DNA of 64,000 nt from contig OY781066.1 of assembly GCA_963676395.1 (NCBI GenBank), forward strand, positions 1,856,001 through 1,920,000, in the 5' to 3' direction. Made by a program: the position numbers and the translations under genes. The notes beneath the pieces are model-generated. The model was not told the origin of the DNA. It was given only the letters and a program-made list of their open reading frames with translations, and made no database searches. Below, one piece after another: positions 19,511 to 29,069 of the stretch (its first letter is position 1; the number at the start of each line of letters is the position of its first letter). This stretch comes from a bacterium (GTDB taxonomy: Bacteria; Fidelibacterota; Fidelibacteria; Fidelibacterales; Fidelibacteraceae).

Positions 19511-20003
19511 ATTTAAACGTAAATATCTGATTTGTTTTGTTCTATTGGTTCTTGTGACTATGTCATATGCTCAAGAATTTGATTTAAAAGTCTCAACAAT
19601 TCAGGGAATCAGGTATAATTCCATTTGGGATACTTATCCCGGAGGCATAGAAATTACAGCGGCATATCGGTCATCTGATACAATATTCGATTATAGCTTT
19701 GGAATGTCTGCAAGAACGGTGCAGTGGGGGACTCAGGTCTCAATTTTATCTGAATTATCATATTCGCTTTTTGATAACTTAAGAATTGGACTTGAAGTAC
19801 AAAATGGTTTAGCTCTATTTTACACATCACCTTTGTATGTCTATTCTATCGGCATGAATACAGACCTAATATTACTTAAGCTCAATAAAGCTGTTATTGG
19901 GGCAAGACTGGGTCTTAGATTTACTCATTGTCCTAAATACCTCAATTATGGAGCGATCAATTGTATTCTTGACATACCGATCGGGTTATTTATATCATTT
20001 TAA
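19503..20003 (+). CDS. Hypothetical exported protein, possible small outer-membrane beta-barrel
   Basis: Signal peptide, alternating hydrophobic strands, C-terminal Phe. GTG start overlaps the upstream gene. Confidence 0.5.
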   Translation: MSKFKRKYLICFVLLVLVTMSYAQEFDLKVSTIQGIRYNSIWDTYPGGIEITAAYRSSDTIFDYSFGMSARTVQWGTQVSILSELSYSLFDNLRIGLEVQNGLALFYTSPLYVYSIGMNTDLILLKLNKAVIGARLGLRFTHCPKYLNYGAINCILDIPIGLFISF

Positions 20004-20108
20004 GGTCGTTTACAAGCAGGTTTTAGGGATTGCGGAATGAAACAGAATTCAACTGAATCCGTTGAATTTGTTGCCTGAAAAAGGGAATATAATGGCAAAA
20101 AGAAGTAA

Positions 20109-20551
20109 AAAACTATTGAAGTCGTACAAAAGGCGGAAGAAAAACACGATATAGAAAAAATCACAAAAGATCCCAAAGCACCTTTGTTGTATCGAAGGAA
20201 TTCTATTCAGTTTAACTGTATTGTTTTTACTGCTTTCCCGGGCTCAATCCTTGTGGCAATTAATCTATTTCAACTCAAGAAAAAGCCGCCGCTTTATGGG
20301 AAATGTTGCTTGGTATTTTATATTCGGGATTGTCGGTTTGGATTATTTTGGCAGCCTTTAAAACTCTGGAAAAAGGTTTGATTCTTGTTGTGCTGGCTAT
20401 CGGTTTAATGGGTCATATTGTTCTTGATAAGTTATTTTGGAAATATAATGCCAAAGGCATTGAATTTTGCAAGTGACCTGTTTTACCCACTTTTTTTTTA
20501 CTATTGATTATTTCTGCTATTGTTATTATTGTTCTTTCTATCAATAAATAG
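20109..20551 (+). pseudogene. Degraded membrane-protein gene
   Basis: Coding-like frame 'KTIEVV...LYRRNSIQF...SILVAINLFQLKKK' shifts near 20285 into 'AAALWEMLLGILY...KLFWKY...EFCK*PVLPTFFLLLII...NK*'. In-frame TGA at 20474, no intact start. Confidence 0.55.
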
Positions 20552-20562
20552 GATAATGATTT

Positions 20563-21126
20563 ATGGAATATTATAAAAAAACATTTACGAATATCGATTT
20601 TTCCCAAGAAGGGTTAGGCGCAGGCGAGTTTGAGTCTTGCACTTTTAATCAATGTAATTTGTCTTCACTTTTACTCGCCGAATGTCGTTTCATTGACAGT
20701 GAATTTATTGATTGTGACCTTTCTAATGCTAATCTATCACTAAGTTCTTTTCAGGAAACTGCTTTTATACGTTGTAAGATGTTGGGTCTTAATTTTAATG
20801 ATTGTAATTCCTTTGCATTTTCGGTTGAATTTCATGAATGCCAACTTGATCATACTTCGTTTTTTAAGATGGATCTACAATCCTGTTCTTTTGATCATTG
20901 TCATCTTGAAGATGTAGATTTTTCAGAGGCTAATTTAAAAAAAGTAGATGTGATCGCCTGTGAACTAAAAGAAGCTCGTTTTGATCACAGTAAACTCGAA
21001 AAAGCTGATTTCAGAGGGAGTGAAAATTATTCTATTGACCCTGAGAATAATATGGTTCAAGGAGCTAAGTTTTCACGATTGAGTGTTGTGGGGCTTCTTG
21101 ATAAATATGATCTAATAATTGAATAA
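20563..21126 (+). CDS. Pentapeptide repeat protein (MfpA/Qnr-like fold)
   Basis: Continuous [ACS]-[DN]-[LF]-x-x pentapeptide repeats, 'NYSIDPENN..GAKFS' C-terminus. Confidence 0.9.
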   Translation: MEYYKKTFTNIDFSQEGLGAGEFESCTFNQCNLSSLLLAECRFIDSEFIDCDLSNANLSLSSFQETAFIRCKMLGLNFNDCNSFAFSVEFHECQLDHTSFFKMDLQSCSFDHCHLEDVDFSEANLKKVDVIACELKEARFDHSKLEKADFRGSENYSIDPENNMVQGAKFSRLSVVGLLDKYDLIIE

Positions 21127-21134
21127 GGAGACCT

Positions 21135-21794
21135 ATGCTTAAGTCATCAACAATAAAGCTCCAACAAACTGCAAAGCACGAATGGCGCAAACATGAAAAG
21201 CGCTATTATCTGCCCAAGAATACCCCTGAGTTAGTAGATATTCCCGAATTTGGTTTTTATACTATTTCAGGTGAGGGTAATCCGAATTCTGATGAATTTT
21301 CAGATTATATTCAAGCTCTATATGCGGCATCCTATGCCGTGCGTATGAGTCCCAAAAAAAATATGGCACCTATAGCATATTATGATTATACAGTTTATCC
21401 ATTGGAAGGTGTCTGGGATCTTTCTGAAAAAGGCCGGGAAAATTACAATGGCGTGATTGATAAAGATGAATTGGTATTTACATTAATGATTCGTCAGCCG
21501 GATTTTCTTGCTGAAAAAGATGCTATACGGCTTCTTGATTGGGCAAAACAAAATAAGGATGCGAAGCTTTTATCCGAGGTTAAATATCAACGTTCACAAG
21601 AAGGAGTATGCGTGCAAATGATGCATTTGGGCTCTTACGATGATGAACCGGGTTCCTTTGCTCAAATGGAAGCGTTTGCTAAAGATCAAGGACTCGTACG
21701 TTTAAGTAAAGTTCACCGTGAGATCTATTTAAATGATGCTCGTAAGACAACTCCTGAAAAATTAAAGACCGTGCTACGATTTAAGATCACTTAA
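21135..21794 (+). CDS. GyrI-like small-molecule-binding domain protein
   Basis: 'GEGNPN', 'YPLEGVW', 'LMIRQPDF', 'CVQMMHLGSYDDE', 'HREIYL.D.RKT.PEKLKTVLR'. Confidence 0.85.
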   Translation: MLKSSTIKLQQTAKHEWRKHEKRYYLPKNTPELVDIPEFGFYTISGEGNPNSDEFSDYIQALYAASYAVRMSPKKNMAPIAYYDYTVYPLEGVWDLSEKGRENYNGVIDKDELVFTLMIRQPDFLAEKDAIRLLDWAKQNKDAKLLSEVKYQRSQEGVCVQMMHLGSYDDEPGSFAQMEAFAKDQGLVRLSKVHREIYLNDARKTTPEKLKTVLRFKIT

Positions 21795-22075
21795 CGATTC
21801 TTGTTGAGATATTGTATATTTGGGTAAATGATAAAAATATCTCCAAAGAAGATGATTATCGGAACGTTATCATTGTTTTTGTTTGTTGTTATGATTTTCC
21901 TTAAAAACTTTATTCGACTAAGCAATCGGGTAATGATGTGATTTATCGGATCAAAGAACATATTTCGTAGAATAAAAGTTTATTGGATATTGTGGATATA
22001 TATAAATACTTGATATTTGAAACTATTGTTGTATATTGGAACAGGGTTTATACAAAATAATGACTGGGAGGTTGT

Positions 22076-22453
22076 ATGAGTTTTACTATTTCCCTTGATC
22101 ATGATAACAAGCTTGTTCGTTATAGGCATAGCGGTAATCTGAAGATGGAAGATATAGGTATGGCGTGGGATAATTTTCTTAATATGAAAGAATTTGTTCA
22201 TGAGAAATACAATTTACTTTCAGATTACCGAGACGCTGTGTTCGATATGGATATTGACGAAGCATACAAAATTATTTCTATTCTCGATAGTATGGGAAGT
22301 ACTTTAGATGATAAAAAACAAAGCATTATTGTCAAGGATCCCTATTCTACAGCCGGATCGATTTTGTTTGAGCAATTATCACGACAACAACTGAACTTTA
22401 AAATTAAGATATTTTCCACGGAAAAAGCTGCTTTAGAGTGGTTACTAAAATAA
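22076..22453 (+). CDS. Hypothetical protein, STAS/SEC14 (SpoIIAA-like)
   Basis: GGAGG SD, 'LLSDYRDA' and C-terminal 'IFSTEKAALEWL' typical of SpoIIAA-like proteins. Confidence 0.6.
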   Translation: MSFTISLDHDNKLVRYRHSGNLKMEDIGMAWDNFLNMKEFVHEKYNLLSDYRDAVFDMDIDEAYKIISILDSMGSTLDDKKQSIIVKDPYSTAGSILFEQLSRQQLNFKIKIFSTEKAALEWLLK

Positions 22454-22531
22454 TTTAAATAAAAGAAAATATAAGTCTCTGATAATTAATTTCATATAAA
22501 AGATAAAAAACACTCAAGGTTGAAATAATTC

Positions 22532-22563
22532 TTGCTGAAAGCAAGAAATGCATTATATATTCG
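22532..22563 (+). promoter_or_regulatory. Putative housekeeping promoter upstream of rimK
   Basis: TTG at 22532 and TATATTCG 24 nt later, the same geometry as the rplM and infC promoters. Confidence 0.5.
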
Positions 22564-22716
22564 TACTGAAATTTGGGACGAAACAGTTGTTAACGAAAGC
22601 CTTCCGGTTTTCATATTTTAGAACAATACAAGTAAGGAAGAAAAGTTTACTATTATATTAAATCGGTATAATTGAAAACTATTTTTGTATGCTTTGATTT
22701 TTGTAAGGAAAGAGAA

Positions 22717-23622
22717 ATGTTAGGATGGATTTTATATCGCAAATCTCAGGAAAATTTGCCTCCTGAAGCTTATGAAGTGCGACGGATGATTGAAGTTGCA
22801 AAAGAACATGATATTGAATTAAGGGTTTTAACTCCCGAGCAGATAGATATTATCGTTACGCGTGAAGATCGAAAGAGTATTTTAGTGGATAATGTTCCTA
22901 CGGCTTTGCCTGATTTTATTATCCCAAGAATGGGTGCCGGTACAACATATTTTGCATTGGCGGTTATACGACATTTAGAAAGACTTGGCGTATATTGCGT
23001 TAATTCCTCTCAGAGCATTGATACGGTGAAAGATAAATTGTACACTTTACAGATCCTTGCCGAATCGAATTTACCAATTCCCAAAACTATTTTATTGAAA
23101 TTTCCCGTTGAATCTGAAATTGTTACGAAACATTTAAGTTTTCCTGTGATAGTTAAAACTCTTTCCGGCTCTCAGGGGGCAGGAGTATTTTTAAGTCCCG
23201 ATAAAAATTCTTTTAAAGATCTAACCGAGTTGATTTACTCCACTAATAAAAGTGCTAACTTGATCTTGCAGGAATATATCGGGCACAGCAAAGGTAGAGA
23301 TCTGAGAGTTTTTACCGTAGGTGGGCGTGTTGTAGCTGCAATGGAAAGGATAGCCAAAGACGGTAACTTTAAAGCGAATTTCAGTATAGGTGGAGATGTT
23401 CAAGCATACGAAGTGACACCTGAACTGGAGTGGGTCGTCTTAGAAATATCAAGATTGTTAAACTTGGATATTGCAGGTGTTGACCTGTTATTTGATGAAG
23501 ATGGTTTTAAGATATGTGAAGTGAATTCTTCTCCCGGGTGGCAGGGACTTGAAAAATGTAATGATGTAGATGTTGCCAGTGAGATATTTAATTTTATTAA
23601 CATCAGATTGAAGAAATTTTAA
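22717..23622 (+). CDS. rimK: RimK-family ATP-grasp alpha-L-glutamate ligase
   Basis: 'IPRMG', 'GSQGAGV', 'QEYI....GRDLRV', 'FKANFSIGG', 'GVDLL', 'EVNSSPG'. Likely ATG at 22717. Confidence 0.85.
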   Translation: MLGWILYRKSQENLPPEAYEVRRMIEVAKEHDIELRVLTPEQIDIIVTREDRKSILVDNVPTALPDFIIPRMGAGTTYFALAVIRHLERLGVYCVNSSQSIDTVKDKLYTLQILAESNLPIPKTILLKFPVESEIVTKHLSFPVIVKTLSGSQGAGVFLSPDKNSFKDLTELIYSTNKSANLILQEYIGHSKGRDLRVFTVGGRVVAAMERIAKDGNFKANFSIGGDVQAYEVTPELEWVVLEISRLLNLDIAGVDLLFDEDGFKICEVNSSPGWQGLEKCNDVDVASEIFNFINIRLKKF

Positions 23623-23731
23623 TTATTTTAAGCCGCTCTTCAATGTGCGGAGAGATTAAAAATTTATAAGCTTCTTTGCATCTATGCTCTTCCTTATTAT
23701 ATTTTTTTACTGGAAATATGAAAGGAAAATA

Positions 23732-24157
23732 ATGAAAATATTAGTCTTATGTACAGGTAATTCATGTCGATCACAAATGGCTGAAGGCTTTTTAAGATCT
23801 TTTGATCAACGAATAGATGTATATTCCGCAGGTACCGAAGCCTCGGGCAAAATTAATCAAGATGCTGTAAAAGCTATGGCTGAAATAGGTATTGATATTT
23901 CAAATTATACCTCTGATCCCGTTAATTTATATTTGAATGATGAATGGGATTATGTGATCACTGTCTGTGGTGGTGCCAATGAGAACTGTCCGGCATTTTT
24001 AGGCAACGTCAAACACAGACTTCACATGGGCTATGATGATCCCTCATTCGCCAAAGGCAACGAAGAGTTTATCTGGAGCGAGTACCGTCGTGTAAGAGAT
24101 GAGATCAAGGTCGGGTTTGAAAAATTATATAAAGAAGAGATCCTGCCACAGATGTAG
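23732..24157 (+). CDS. arsC: Arsenate reductase ArsC (thioredoxin-coupled, LMW-PTP fold)
   Basis: 'CTGNSCRSQMAEG', 'VITVC....ENCP', 'DDP'. Likely ATG at 23732. Confidence 0.85.
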   Translation: MKILVLCTGNSCRSQMAEGFLRSFDQRIDVYSAGTEASGKINQDAVKAMAEIGIDISNYTSDPVNLYLNDEWDYVITVCGGANENCPAFLGNVKHRLHMGYDDPSFAKGNEEFIWSEYRRVRDEIKVGFEKLYKEEILPQM

Positions 24158-24391
24158 GTGGAATCTAAGTTTTTAATATTTGTTAAGCTCAATTATAAAG
24201 ATGGGCTCTCAGACTGTTAAGTTAATATTATGATATTAAACAGCTATTCCTCAATCTACAAAGCTTCATAAAAGCATCCAACACTCATAACTAATAATTC
24301 ACAATTCATAATTGATAAGCAAGAAATTGTATCTTGTCACTAACTTCTTATCCCATAAGCTGTTATTTTCTTTGTCTATGAATAAAAGTCC

Positions 24392-24423
24392 TTGCAAATC
24401 CAAGCATTCTTTGTATATATTTG
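24392..24423 (+). promoter_or_regulatory. Promoter of the rplM operon
   Basis: TTGCAA at 24392 and TATATTTG at 24416. Confidence 0.55.
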
Positions 24424-24491
24424 GTGCTTTTTTGTAGTCCCGGAAGACAGAACAAAAAAGAATATGCTAAAAACAGAAAAAGGAGTTAAAG

Positions 24492-24923
24492 TTGAGCACT
24501 TTCTCAGCGAAACCAACAGACATCAAACATGAGTGGTATATTGTTGATGCCGAAGATGTAGTTCTCGGTCGTCTTGCTTCTCAAGTTGCACAGATTCTGC
24601 GTGGTAAACACAAACCCATTTATACTCCGCATATGGATACAGGCGACTTTGTTGTTGTTATCAATGCGGATAAAGTTCGTTTAACCGGTAACAAGGCAGA
24701 AGCAAAAAGCTATTTTCGCCATACAGGACATCCGGGCGGACAACGTCACACATCTTATAAAGAATTGATGGAAAAGAAACCCGAAGAAGTTGTAACCAAA
24801 GCCGTTAAAGGTATGGTTCCTCATAACCGTTTGGGCCGTCAGATTATGAAAAAATTGAAAGTGTATGCGGGAACAGCACACCCTCATGATGCACAGCAAC
24901 CTAAACCCCTGGTTATTAAATAG
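24492..24923 (+). CDS. rplM: 50S ribosomal protein L13
   Basis: '[24 protein letters not shown]'. TTG start after AGGAG. Confidence 0.98.
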   Translation: MSTFSAKPTDIKHEWYIVDAEDVVLGRLASQVAQILRGKHKPIYTPHMDTGDFVVVINADKVRLTGNKAEAKSYFRHTGHPGGQRHTSYKELMEKKPEEVVTKAVKGMVPHNRLGRQIMKKLKVYAGTAHPHDAQQPKPLVIK

Positions 24924-24933
24924 GAGTTAAAAC

Positions 24934-25332
24934 ATGGCAAACGTAAAGCACGAAAACATTACTGTCGGCCGTCGTAAATCCTCCGTAGCTAGAGTGATCG
25001 CTCGACCGGGCACAGGTAAAATTATTGTAAATAAACGTGATATGGGCGACTATTTTGGTCGCGAAACCTACTCAATGGTTATTCGTCAACCCCTCGAATT
25101 GACAAAGATGGATGGAAAATATGATTTCTTCGTCAATGTTCGTGGCGGTGGTTTGACCGGTCAGGCCGGCGCTGTTCGCCTCGGTATCAGCCGTTCATTG
25201 ATCGCGATGCACCCCGACCTACGTCCTGAATTAAAGGCGGCCGGGTTCTTAACTCGCGATTCACGTAAAGTCGAACGTAAGAAATACGGTCTACGCGGCG
25301 CTCGTCGTGCATTCCAGTTCTCGAAACGTTAA
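24934..25332 (+). CDS. rpsI: 30S ribosomal protein S9
   Basis: '[10 protein letters not shown]', '[10 protein letters not shown]', '[17 protein letters not shown]'. Confidence 0.98.
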   Translation: MANVKHENITVGRRKSSVARVIARPGTGKIIVNKRDMGDYFGRETYSMVIRQPLELTKMDGKYDFFVNVRGGGLTGQAGAVRLGISRSLIAMHPDLRPELKAAGFLTRDSRKVERKKYGLRGARRAFQFSKR

Positions 25333-25356
25333 ACCAATTATCGGAGTATCGAATAC

Positions 25357-26097
25357 ATGGAAAATATTACCATTGAAAATTTGATCAGTGCCGGCGCTCA
25401 TTTTGGTCATTTGACTTCCAAATGGAATCCCAAAATGAAAAAATACGTTTTTATGGAAAAAAACGGTATTCATGTCATTGATCTTGAACAAACATTAAAA
25501 GCTCTTGAAAAAGCAAATAAATTTGTTGGCGATATCGTACGCAACGGTGGAGAAATCCTTTTCGTAGGTACTAAAAAACAAGCCAAAAACGTTCTTGAAG
25601 ATGAAGCCATTCGCTGCGGCGCTCATTACATTACCGAACGCTGGTTGGGTGGAGCTTTAACGAACTTCCAGACAATCCGTCGTTCTATTCGTCGTCTTGA
25701 ACAACTTCAACGCGAAGCTGAAAATGAAGATGCTTGGGCAAATTTGACCAAGAAAGAAGTTCTCGGACTTATGCGTGAACGCGAAAAACTTGAATTATTG
25801 CACCGCGGTATTCAGCATATGCGTCGTCTTCCCGATGCTATCTTTATCGTAGATACTATTGAAGAAAAGATCGCTGTTCATGAAGCACGCAAACTGGACA
25901 TTCCAATTATTGGTATCCTTGATACAAACGCGGACCCTGAAGTTGTTGATATTCCTATTCCCGCTAATGATGATTCTATTCGTGCCATCCACCTGATCAC
26001 AAAGACATTGGCTGACACTATTATGGAAGCAAAGCGTGGAAGCAAGAAACAAGCGAAAGCTCCTGCTGAAAAAGCTGAAGCTAAAGAACAAAAATAA
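25357..26097 (+). CDS. rpsB: 30S ribosomal protein S2
   Basis: 'AGAHFGH...WNPKM', 'FVGTKKQA', 'RWLGG.LTN', 'IPANDD'. Confidence 0.98.
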   Translation: MENITIENLISAGAHFGHLTSKWNPKMKKYVFMEKNGIHVIDLEQTLKALEKANKFVGDIVRNGGEILFVGTKKQAKNVLEDEAIRCGAHYITERWLGGALTNFQTIRRSIRRLEQLQREAENEDAWANLTKKEVLGLMREREKLELLHRGIQHMRRLPDAIFIVDTIEEKIAVHEARKLDIPIIGILDTNADPEVVDIPIPANDDSIRAIHLITKTLADTIMEAKRGSKKQAKAPAEKAEAKEQK

Positions 26098-26124
26098 GAA
26101 AAGTAATACAAGGAACTTACGAAT

Positions 26125-26748
26125 ATGGCAATTACCGCAGCAATCGTTAAAGAGTTACGTGATAAAACCGGCGCAGGCATGATGGACTGTAAAAAAGCCT
26201 TGATCGAAACAGATGGCGATATTACAAAAGCCGTCGATCTACTTCGTGCAAAAGGTATTGCAAAAGCCGAGAAAAAAGCCGGCCGTGCAGCTAAAGAAGG
26301 TATTATCTATTCATACATACATCCCACAGGTCAAAACTTGGGTGTTTTGGTTGAGATCAACTGCGAAACAGATTTCGTTGCAGCTACAGATGACTTTAAA
26401 AAATTCGCAAAAGATATTGCTATGCAGATCGCCGCAATGGCACCTGTAGCAGTTAAACGCGAAGATGTCTCCGCAGATGTTATCGAACGTGAAAAAGCTG
26501 TTTACAAAGAACAAGTTCTCAACGAAGGTAAACCGGAACACATTGCTGAACGCATTATCACCGGTAAATTAGATAAATTCTTTAAAGAAAATGTTCTTTT
26601 GGAACAAGAATTCTTTAAAGATACAGATAAAACAGTTGAAACTTACTTAAAGGAAACAATCGGCACATTAGGCGAAAATATCGCTATTGCTCGTTTTGCT
26701 CGCTTTAAAGTCGGCGAATCTGCAGCAAAATCTTCAGACGAAGAATGA
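26125..26748 (+). CDS. tsf: Elongation factor Ts (short form)
   Basis: 'VKELRDKTGAGMMDCKKAL', 'EINCETDFVA'. 207 aa. Confidence 0.97.
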   Translation: MAITAAIVKELRDKTGAGMMDCKKALIETDGDITKAVDLLRAKGIAKAEKKAGRAAKEGIIYSYIHPTGQNLGVLVEINCETDFVAATDDFKKFAKDIAMQIAAMAPVAVKREDVSADVIEREKAVYKEQVLNEGKPEHIAERIITGKLDKFFKENVLLEQEFFKDTDKTVETYLKETIGTLGENIAIARFARFKVGESAAKSSDEE

Positions 26749-26776
26749 AGAGATTCGTGCTGGATGTGTATACTCA

Positions 26777-27481
26777 ATGAGTTATCATAGAATCCTGCTA
26801 AAATTAAGTGGTGAAGTACTTGGCGGCGTTAAAGGACACGGCATTGATCCTGACGCCGCTTTCTATTTTTCCCAAGAAGTAAAAAGTGCCTATGATAAAG
26901 GTGTTCAGATCGCTGTCGTTATTGGCGGTGGGAATATCTTTAGGGGTGCTAAAAATATGACATCAATTGATCGTGTTACCGGTGATCATATGGGAATGCT
27001 GGCAACGGTTATCAATGCTTTCGCTTTGCGTGATACTTTTGAAAAAGCCGGAATGCCAACTGTTGTGATGGTACCTGCAAACATCTCATCACTCACGGAA
27101 CATTTTGATCGTCAGCGAGCTATTTCCCTTCTTGAAAAAGGAAATATCGTGATATTTGCAGGCGGAACGGGGAATCCTTTTTTTACAACTGATTCTGCCG
27201 CTGCCTTAAGATCAAGTGAAATTGATGCGGATATTCTGCTGAAAGGCACAAAGGTCGATGGTGTTTATACAGCCGATCCTGAGCTTGATCCTTCGGCCAG
27301 CCGCTATGAAACGGTTTCATATGATGAAGCTATTGATAAAAAATTACGAGTGATGGACATGAGTGCCATGGCTCTTTGTCGCGATAATGCGATGCCCATT
27401 AAAGTCTTTGATTTTACCAAAGCCGGAGAATTGCTCCGATTGGTGTCCGGTGAATCCGTCGGCACCCTGATCAACGAATAA
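26777..27481 (+). CDS. pyrH: UMP kinase
   Basis: 'RILLKLSGE', 'GGGNIFRG', 'GTGNPFFTTDSAAALR'. Likely ATG at 26777. Confidence 0.96.
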   Translation: MSYHRILLKLSGEVLGGVKGHGIDPDAAFYFSQEVKSAYDKGVQIAVVIGGGNIFRGAKNMTSIDRVTGDHMGMLATVINAFALRDTFEKAGMPTVVMVPANISSLTEHFDRQRAISLLEKGNIVIFAGGTGNPFFTTDSAAALRSSEIDADILLKGTKVDGVYTADPELDPSASRYETVSYDEAIDKKLRVMDMSAMALCRDNAMPIKVFDFTKAGELLRLVSGESVGTLINE

Positions 27482-27497
27482 CATAAGGAGTTTGGCC

Positions 27498-28055
27498 ATG
27501 CAGAATGAAGTTTATTCATATTGTGAAGAACATATGGGAAAATCTTTAAAGCATTTAGATCATGAATACGCCAGTTTACGTACAGGCCGCGCAAACCCCT
27601 CATTACTTGATGGTGTGATGGTGGATTATTATGGTGCGCAAACACCTTTGGGACAAGCTGCAACTATTTCGGTGCCCGAAGCTCGTTTGCTGGTTATCCA
27701 ACCTTGGGATAAATCTCTCCTGCCTGCGGCAGAGAAAGCTATTCAAGCCGCAAATTTAGGTTTGAATCCCATTAATGACGGTAGCGTTATTCGCGTACCT
27801 ATACCTGCAATGACAGATGACCGTCGCAAAGAATTAGTGAAGATCGTTCATGGAATGGCGGAAGATGCACGTATTTCTGTACGTAATGTTCGCCGCGATG
27901 CAAACGATCAAATTAAAAAACTAGAAAAAAACAAAGACATCTCAGAAGATAATTCAAAAGATGCTCTAGTTGAAATTCAAAAGATCACCGATAAGTACGT
28001 CGATAAGATTAAAGAAGCTCAGGATAAAAAAGAAGAAGAGATTTTATCCGAATAA
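27498..28055 (+). CDS. frr: Ribosome recycling factor
   Basis: 'LRTGRANP', 'GLNP.NDG..IRVPIP', 'RNVRRDAN'. ATG at 27498 fits the AAGGAG SD. Confidence 0.97.
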   Translation: MQNEVYSYCEEHMGKSLKHLDHEYASLRTGRANPSLLDGVMVDYYGAQTPLGQAATISVPEARLLVIQPWDKSLLPAAEKAIQAANLGLNPINDGSVIRVPIPAMTDDRRKELVKIVHGMAEDARISVRNVRRDANDQIKKLEKNKDISEDNSKDALVEIQKITDKYVDKIKEAQDKKEEEILSE

Positions 28056-28102
28056 ACACTTAAGACGTTTGTCGTGAGCTGATGTAAATTGTAAAGATTG
28101 AT

Positions 28103-28130
28103 AAAAGGGCTGAACGTGTTCAGCCCTTTT
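28103..28130 (+). terminator. Terminator after frr
   Basis: AAAAGGGCTGAAC-GT-GTTCAGCCCTTTT perfect inverted repeat. Confidence 0.85.
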
Positions 28131-28335
28131 ATGTTAATGGTGCTATAATTGTTAATACTGAATAAGGATTATCGATTTGAGTTTGAGAAAAATAAATAAA
28201 GAATTATTTTTCGATTAGCGATTTCTAACTTTAATAAAGCTTAAACCTTTTTTCTATGGATCATTGTGCACATGTCTCCGTATAGGTCGATTTCCCAATA
28301 TCGATGATAGGTCACAAATTAATGTTAAAAATAAA

Positions 28336-28359
28336 AAAACCGCCCTTTCGGACGGTTTT
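28336..28359 (-). terminator. Terminator after the 28842-28384 gene
   Basis: AAAACCGCCC-TTTC-GGACGGTTTT hairpin with flanking A/T runs. Confidence 0.7.
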
Positions 28360-28383
28360 CTCTCTTTTATTTTCTAAACTTTT

Positions 28384-28842
28384 TTAGAATGTCCAACGAA
28401 CAGCAAGTCCTGTATTACCAAGATGTCCTGCCCAGCCACCAAGAATATCAAGACCGGGTTTCCAATCTAATGATACTGATAAGGGGAGATTGATGTGTTG
28501 TTTAAGGTCGTATTCAACACCAATAACTCCGTCAATGCCTAGAGCTAATGCTGCAGCCCACCATGAAGATATACCAAGATGTGCACCACCACCATAATAC
28601 CAGGATAAACCTTCAAGCTCACCTAGTTTAAGGGGTTTATGCCATTCATAAACACCGGTAACAATAAGACCGTTATTATACCCTAGAGTAGCTTCTATAG
28701 CATTGTTTTCGGTCCAAAGACGGCCAACAATTCCTGAGCGAACTCCGCCGCGTAGACCAATATCCATGTTATTACCTTCTTTGGCAATAGCAAAAGATGC
28801 AATCAGTACCAAAATCATTAGGATTGCGAGTAATTTCTTCAT
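28384..28842 (-). CDS. Small outer-membrane beta-barrel-like exported protein
   Basis: Signal peptide, 'WYYGGGAH.G', 'GIDGVIGVEY', 'SLDWKP', C-terminal 'RWTF'. Resembles a Bacteroidota-type family. Confidence 0.65.
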   Translation of the reverse strand: MKKLLAILMILVLIASFAIAKEGNNMDIGLRGGVRSGIVGRLWTENNAIEATLGYNNGLIVTGVYEWHKPLKLGELEGLSWYYGGGAHLGISSWWAAALALGIDGVIGVEYDLKQHINLPLSVSLDWKPGLDILGGWAGHLGNTGLAVRWTF

Positions 28843-29069
28843 TCCTTCTCCTTTTTATTTCCTTTCGTGTCAAATAACCATTGCATTCATAAGAATCGCA
28901 ATATTTTTTATTTCACTTTTGTAAAATCCCATTCCTTGTTGCAATATATGAAGGAAAATTTGAAATACCACTAAAAAATATTTACTCTGAATTGGAACGA
29001 AAATGTGTTGAAATTCATTGGTTTTAGGTAAAGTAATGCTTATTTTCTGCACGCTAAAAAAGGACATAT

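Noticed and set aside
20474..20476. Selenocysteine or recoded TGA
   Set aside because: The region also has frameshifts, the context is not redox-like, no SECIS-like hairpin follows, and TGA acts as a normal stop in other genes such as the helicase and tsf.
22564..22716. c-di-GMP-I riboswitch or hammerhead ribozyme in the rimK leader
   Set aside because: Only fragmentary resemblance (ACGAAAGCCTTCCGG; CTGA...CGAAAC). The required stems and cores could not be built by eye. An Infernal search would settle it.
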